NCBI GenBank assembly: GCA_964443795.1
Contig: CAYUFY010000067.1
Coordinates: 1 to 18,361, forward strand
Source of the DNA: an uncultured Anaerolineales bacterium
Lineage (GTDB): Bacteria > Chloroflexota > Anaerolineae > Anaerolineales > UBA6663
Reading direction: 5' to 3'
DNA: 18,361 nt
The notes under the pieces are model-generated. The model was not told where the DNA came from, did no database searches, and worked only from the letters and a program-made list of their open reading frames with translations. This document shows, piece after piece, positions 14,373 through 18,361 of the stretch (position 1 is its first letter; every line of letters starts with the position of its first letter). A program made the position numbers and the translations under genes.

Positions 14373-14404
14373 CGCGCGGCTTTCAATTTTCCGTGGTTAA
14401 CTTC

Positions 14405-14431
14405 AAGCCGGTGGCCCCCACCGGCTTTTTT
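14405..14431 (+). terminator. Rho-independent terminator
   Basis: Stem agccggtgg (14406-14414) / ccaccggct (14418-14426) with loop ccc, followed by tttttt. Confidence 0.75.
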
Positions 14432-14436
14432 GCGCG

Positions 14437-14453
14437 TGCTATACTCCACCATC
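14437..14453 (+). promoter_or_regulatory. Extended -10 promoter (TGcTATACT) giving a leaderless or near-leaderless histidine-kinase mRNA
   Basis: TG at 14437-14438 and TATACT at 14440-14445. The ATG at 14454 is only 8 nt downstream. No -35 or SD is present. Confidence 0.4.
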
Positions 14454-15332
14454 ATGGTCAAGCGTCAACACCGGCTGGTGGCGATCATCGGCGCAGGCAT
14501 ATTATTGCTGTGGGCCGGGTGGGGATTGGGGCTTATCACCACGGTCTTTCAATTGCTCGTCATTGTGACCTTAGTTGCTATTGTTAGTGGGGTAGGTGTG
14601 CTGGCCGCCAGCCAACCGTCGCTAAGCCAACAGGCAGAAAAGCTCCAACAATTACAACAAGAGAACAATGAATTTTATGCCCTGCTCGGGCATGATCTCA
14701 AAAGCCCGCACGGAACCATCACGAGCGCTCTCCATCTCATTCGGGAACAACTGGCCGACAATTCACCGGCCCAAACCGCGTTGGACTCGGCCCTGCGCAC
14801 CAGCGCCCGCCAGATGGAATTACTCGAAACCCTGCTGAGCCTGCGCCAGTTGCGCGCGCATGCGTTGCCGGTACACCGTGAAGCCGTGATGGTGGGGCCA
14901 CTGATGCGGGCCGCGCTGGACCACTTGGAACCCCGGGCCGCGCGCAAAAAAATTAAACTTATCCCGGAATGGGGTGAAGAACTCCCGCGCGTGGCGGTGG
15001 ATCCAACAATCGTCGCCCGGATTTTGGTAAACCTGCTGGAGAATGCCTATAAATTCACCCCGCCGCACGGGGTGATTAAACTTGGGGCGCAACGTGAGGC
15101 CGGCGACCTATGGGTGACGGTGGGCGTTCCAACCCTGGGCTTGTCAGCCGCCGAACAGCGGATCGTTTTAGATCGTTATGAGCAAATAATGCACAGCCGG
15201 AGCGCGCAGGATGGCGCGGGTTTGGGTCTGGTCTTTTGCCAGCTCGCCAGCCAGGCGCTGGGCGGCGAACTCAAAGTGACCGACCTGGCGGGAGAGGGAA
15301 TTCAATTTGCAGTTCTTTTCCGGGGCGTGTAG
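14454..15332 (+). CDS. Membrane-bound sensor histidine kinase (HisKA + HATPase_c) with no response-regulator gene nearby
   Basis: Two TM helices. H-box LGHDLKSPHGTITSAL. N-box LLENAYKFTPPHG. G-box GAGLGLVFCQ. The start is set at ATG 14454 because the TTG at 14430 lies inside the upstream terminator T-run. Confidence 0.8.
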   Translation: MVKRQHRLVAIIGAGILLLWAGWGLGLITTVFQLLVIVTLVAIVSGVGVLAASQPSLSQQAEKLQQLQQENNEFYALLGHDLKSPHGTITSALHLIREQLADNSPAQTALDSALRTSARQMELLETLLSLRQLRAHALPVHREAVMVGPLMRAALDHLEPRAARKKIKLIPEWGEELPRVAVDPTIVARILVNLLENAYKFTPPHGVIKLGAQREAGDLWVTVGVPTLGLSAAEQRIVLDRYEQIMHSRSAQDGAGLGLVFCQLASQALGGELKVTDLAGEGIQFAVLFRGV

Positions 15333-15377
15333 TTTTAGTGGGGATTGGTTTGGAGTTTGGACAGATTATAAGTATGA

Positions 15378-15406
15378 TTGACGCGTAACTAGGCGAAGGT
15401 TATACT
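15378..15406 (+). promoter_or_regulatory. Sigma70-type promoter TTGACG-17-TATACT
   Basis: TTGACG at 15378-15383, a 17-nt spacer, then TATACT at 15401-15406. The downstream text TATACTCCACCA is identical to the HK -10 region. Confidence 0.55.
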
Positions 15407-15449
15407 CCACCAAACTACACTATGGAGATGTTTCCTTAGTGGAGGCTCT

Positions 15450-15785
15450 ATGGAACCTAGCGGACCAGCAAAACCAATGGCAAACCCACCTCCGGCTGGA
15501 GGCTCGCATGAAAAATCAGCAGTTGATGCGGCCGCGGCGCGCGCCGTCCTGGCCGCCATGCCGAAAGTGCTCGAGGGCAAATTGGTGATGCGCCAGTGGG
15601 GTCAGACCGGGCTAATCGAAACGCTCAAAAGTTTTTCATCACTCGATGAATTGTATGCCTTGTGCGTGATGACCCCGGACCCGCAAATCGTGGACCACAT
15701 TATTATTCAAGGCAAAGATGAGAATGGCCGACCCCGGGAATTGACCTTCGTGTTTCAATCCATTACCTTCTCGCCCCAGGAATAA
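15450..15785 (+). CDS. Hypothetical 111-aa protein
   Basis: GGAGG 5 nt upstream of the ATG. Promoter and terminator bracket it. No family recognised. Confidence 0.55.
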   Translation: MEPSGPAKPMANPPPAGGSHEKSAVDAAAARAVLAAMPKVLEGKLVMRQWGQTGLIETLKSFSSLDELYALCVMTPDPQIVDHIIIQGKDENGRPRELTFVFQSITFSPQE

Positions 15786-15806
15786 TCCTCTAAGTTTGGC
15801 TGAGAT

Positions 15807-15838
15807 CGAAAAGCGTAAGCCCGGGCCGCAAGCCGGGC
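15807..15838 (+). terminator. Rho-independent terminator
   Basis: Stem aagcccgg / ccgggctt followed by ttttttta. Confidence 0.75.
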
Positions 15839-15925
15839 TTTTTTTATTCCCCTGTAAATTTATTGGCCGTTGATGGATGCTGGGTTTGGGTGGATGGGGG
15901 AAGTTATCCTATAAGTTGTTCTGTT

Positions 15926-15977
15926 AACTTATTTATATATATAGTAGTAGTAGTAGGGGGTGTGGATATGTGGATGA
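15926..15977. promoter_or_regulatory. Unwinding-module candidate: AT-rich DUE, then (TAG)5, then G-run, then two tandem DnaA boxes
   Basis: aacttatttatatatata (15926-15943). TAGx5 (15942-15956). ggggg (15956-15960). TGTGGATAT (15961-15969) and TGTGGATGA (15969-15977). Each box is one mismatch from TGTGGATAA (reverse complement of TTATCCACA). Confidence 0.6.
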
Positions 15978-16238
15978 GATGTATTTGCCCCTATTTAACC
16001 GTAAGCTCTGGCTATCGGCATATATCAGACGCCATATGCACGGCCAAAAACCAGTTTAGCCATCCACAGCCTATATGTGGGCAATCTGTGTATAGAACTG
16101 ATAACTTTTTTTCCTAAATGTGCCATAGGATATATTTGCACGATTAATTATGGCACCCCCCATATATGCCGGTACGCCAGCGTAAAGTCGGGCCTAGAAC
16201 AACAAGACATTAGGTGATCTCTCCCCAAAACAAGGGCC

Positions 16239-16268
16239 TTTTCCACAATTTCCACTGAGTTATCCACA
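16239..16268. promoter_or_regulatory. Cluster of three same-orientation DnaA boxes
   Basis: TTTTCCACA (16239-16247), ATTTCCACT (16248-16256) and TTATCCACA (16260-16268, perfect consensus). Confidence 0.6.
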
Positions 16269-16370
16269 TGTAAAAGACTTTAGGAGACATAAAATGTATA
16301 AAATCGGTTTGTTAGACACCCCATATAGCGTAGCCCCATAGTCGATTCTTCACAGGTTTAACAAAAAACC

Positions 16371-16402
16371 GGAGCGGGGTATCCGCTCCGGTTTTGCTCA
16401 AT
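16371..16402 (-). terminator. Rho-independent terminator of dnaA (minus strand)
   Basis: Stem accggagcgg (16378-16387) / ccgctccggt (16393-16402) with loop ggtat. The minus-strand T-run is the complement of acaaaaaa, 19 nt past the dnaA stop. Confidence 0.7.
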
Positions 16403-16420
16403 TCAGGTGTTTTAGCAAGC

Positions 16421-17785
16421 TTATACCAGCACGCCGGCCTGACTATAAAGGCGCTCGCGCAAGGTGATAATTTGGCGACGAATCGAGTCGTCGCGTTCTA
16501 CCAAGTCGGCTACTTTTTCGCAACCGTACATCACGGTGGTGTGGTCGCGGCCCCCCAATGAATTGCCAATAGCCGGCAGTGAAGCGTCCGTCTCTTCGCG
16601 CATCAAGTACATGGCGATTTGACGCGCCTCGGCGATGGTTTTGGTGCGGTCGCGCCCGATGAGAATTTCCGGGGTCATGCCATAGGCCGCCGCCACGGTT
16701 TCGATAATAAAGTCTGTGGTCAACGTTCGGCGGCGGGGTAGCAAATCCGCGAGGGCTGAGTTGGCGATCTCCATCGTCAGCGGATTGCCCACCAGGTCAG
16801 CATACGCCATCACCCGGGTGAGCGCGCCTTCCAGTTCACGGATGTTGCTTTGCACCCGGCGGGCAATGAGTTCGACCACTTCGGGTTCCACGTAACGTCC
16901 GCCGCGATCGGCTTTGGAGCGCAAAATAGCCTGGCGCGTTTCCAGATCGGGGGGTTGGATATCCACGGTCAGCCCCCACTCAAAGCGCGAGCGCAACCGC
17001 TCTTCCAGGGTCACCATGGCTTTGGGCGGGCGGTCGGAGGTGATGACCAGTTGTTTGTCCTGGCCATGCAAGGTGTTAAAGGTGTGGAAGAACTCATCCT
17101 GTGTGGACTCTTTGCCCGCGATGAATTGAATATCGTCAATCAGCAAAACGTCAATACTGCGATACTTCTCGCGGAAAGTTTCGGTGGTGCGGCGGTGAAT
17201 AGCATTGATGAGATCGTTAGTGAATTCTTCGGACGAAACGTAGAGCACTTGCAAGCCGCGCGATCCGCAGGCGTTGCCGACCGCCTGCAACAAATGCGTC
17301 TTGCCCAACCCCACGCCCCCATATAGAAAGACCGGGTTATAGGCTTTGGCGGGATTTTCGGAGGCCGCCAGACAGGCGGCATGCGCCAGCCGGTTGCTGG
17401 GGCCGATGACAAAATTATCAAAAGTATATTTGGGGTTCAGGGTGGCCGACATGGAATTGATCGCTCCCAGCGGTTCGGTGTGGCCACTGACCGGCGGCTC
17501 CGGCGCGCCGGTTTCCCCCAGGGCTTCGGGTTTCTTGTCCTTGGGCCAGACCGCAAAGCGAACTTCCACCGTGCGCCCGGTAATCTGCGTCAGGGTGCGT
17601 TTCACGGCGCCCAATAACCGGTTCTCCAACCAATCTTTAGTGTATGCTGTGGGCACGCCAATAATATAGGTGCCGTCCTCATAAGTGAGCAACGCCGTGT
17701 CCCGCATCCACGTATCGAACGTGCTTTTGCTCATTTCCAATTGAAGCTGGCCGAGTGCCGCTTGCCATGCTTGTTCTGGTTGCAT
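16421..17785 (-). CDS. dnaA: Chromosomal replication initiator protein DnaA
   Basis: AAA+ Walker A (GGVGLGKTHLLQAVGN). LLIDDIQFIAGKESTQDEFFHTFNTL. A C-terminal DnaA-box-binding domain (IAMYLMREETDASLPAIGNSLGGRDHTTVMYGCEKV). 454 aa. Confidence 0.97.
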   Translation of the reverse strand: MQPEQAWQAALGQLQLEMSKSTFDTWMRDTALLTYEDGTYIIGVPTAYTKDWLENRLLGAVKRTLTQITGRTVEVRFAVWPKDKKPEALGETGAPEPPVSGHTEPLGAINSMSATLNPKYTFDNFVIGPSNRLAHAACLAASENPAKAYNPVFLYGGVGLGKTHLLQAVGNACGSRGLQVLYVSSEEFTNDLINAIHRRTTETFREKYRSIDVLLIDDIQFIAGKESTQDEFFHTFNTLHGQDKQLVITSDRPPKAMVTLEERLRSRFEWGLTVDIQPPDLETRQAILRSKADRGGRYVEPEVVELIARRVQSNIRELEGALTRVMAYADLVGNPLTMEIANSALADLLPRRRTLTTDFIIETVAAAYGMTPEILIGRDRTKTIAEARQIAMYLMREETDASLPAIGNSLGGRDHTTVMYGCEKVADLVERDDSIRRQIITLRERLYSQAGVLV

Positions 17786-18312
17786 ACAGACGAGTCCTTT
17801 TAATTCCTGAGTTTAATGTTACATGAGACACAAATACGCCATGGGACGGTTTGGAAAAAATCCATTGGCTGATCCAGCGGTCTCTATAGTTAGTCTTCTT
17901 AACTGACGACGTGTTGCATTCTAGCAGACAGCCCGCAGTGATTCAATACTGAATCCCTACGGCAATGTAAAAGAATCGAATCTTTTAAGAATCACTGGAC
18001 TAACTCAAAAACAGTGCCCGGGTGTTTAAGGCCAAGCCAAGCCTCACAGACCAGACTTTAGCAAGAAGCACTACTTACGCCCGCGCGAATGAACTACCCC
18101 CCACCTATGGGGTATAAAACCCTCAAATAATATTTCGCTCTCAGCCTTTTGGCGCGCTTAGTCAAAATTTAAAAATTCTGACCATCTGCTAACGACTTCC
18201 CCAACACCTGATTCTGCGAGTTCAAAGTCAAAAAAAATCACTGCCTGGTAAAAACCCGGCATCGGAAATTTAAAAAACCTTTGCCCATGCAAAGTTGAAA
18301 AACTCTCCACAG

Positions 18313-18354
18313 TTATCCCAAGATCAGCACGACATTTCCACAAACTTATCCACT
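18313..18354. promoter_or_regulatory. DnaA-box-like cluster in the AT-rich region upstream of dnaA (second oriC part or dnaA autoregulation)
   Basis: TTATCCCAA (18313-18321), ATTTCCACA (18334-18342) and TTATCCACT (18346-18354), all in one orientation. The whole 17786-18361 region is ~40-45% GC. Confidence 0.5.
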
Positions 18355-18361
18355 TATACAC

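Larger units (their letters stand above)
15860..16420. other. Putative oriC (downstream-of-dnaA part): AT-rich non-coding region with DnaA boxes, a DnaA-trio-like array and a DNA-unwinding element
   Basis: GC falls sharply against the ~65% background. No credible ORF is present. DnaA-box matches to TTATCCACA lie at 15961-15977 and 16239-16268. Confidence 0.65.

Noticed and set aside
14430-14453. TTG start at 14430 for the histidine kinase, and start at 9013 for flotillin
   Set aside because: The TTG at 14430 lies within the terminator T-run of the upstream gene. The start at 9013 lacks an SD, whereas ATG 9043 has GGAGG. In both cases the downstream ATG was chosen.
14440-15412. Identical 12-mer TATACTCCACCA as a significant repeat
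   Set aside because: By rough expectation, several exact 12-mer coincidences can occur by chance in 18 kb on both strands. It is kept only as a weak promoter-context observation, not as a repeat element.
15863-16117. 84-aa ORF in the AT-rich region
   Set aside because: It lies within the putative oriC. It has no RBS, its coding is AT-rich and odd (runs of V, I, Y), and it overlaps the DnaA boxes and the TAG array, so it is almost certainly non-coding.
18158-18361. 67-aa minus-strand ORF at the window edge
   Set aside because: It lies in the AT-rich dnaA-upstream region. It begins at the last three bases of the window, so the start is an artefact of the window boundary. It has no homology features. 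I looked for rpmH (L34) here and did not find it.
1-18361. CRISPR arrays, tRNA/rRNA genes, transposases/integrases
   Set aside because: No regularly spaced direct repeats, no cloverleaf-compatible segments in the intergenic regions inspected, and no recognisable transposase or integrase motifs in any ORF were found.

Overview
This is a high-GC (~63-65% by eye) bacterial chromosomal segment that runs into the replication origin. Genes in order: a cell-envelope cluster made up of a 5'-partial secreted protein, a secreted C39-like cysteine peptidase and an SH3b/N-acetylmuramidase-family protein; then a compositionally atypical pair of a small membrane protein gene and a divergent TetR regulator. 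The TetR gene is followed within 22 nt by a compact N6/N4-type DNA methyltransferase with unusual motif order, a 39-nt polypyrimidine tract, and a 331-aa protein of unknown function with a possible PD-DxK nuclease motif; together these form a candidate restriction-modification or defence module. Next come a multi-TM Cache-sensor class III nucleotidyl cyclase, a lipoprotein with an internal duplication, a flotillin (SPFH) protein, a minus-strand operon of two tandem DarA/PstA-type PII-like (cyclic-di-AMP-receptor family) genes plus an MFS transporter, a Tat-signal protein, a histidine kinase with no response-regulator gene in the surrounding genes and no HTH or receiver-domain ORF found nearby, and a small hypothetical gene. 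The window ends with dnaA on the minus strand. AT-rich DnaA-box clusters flank dnaA on both sides. The downstream cluster shows tandem DnaA boxes, a G-run, a (TAG)5 DnaA-trio-like array and an AT-rich unwinding element. No rRNA, tRNA, CRISPR or transposase was recognised. All calls rest on motif recognition by eye, and no database search was possible.
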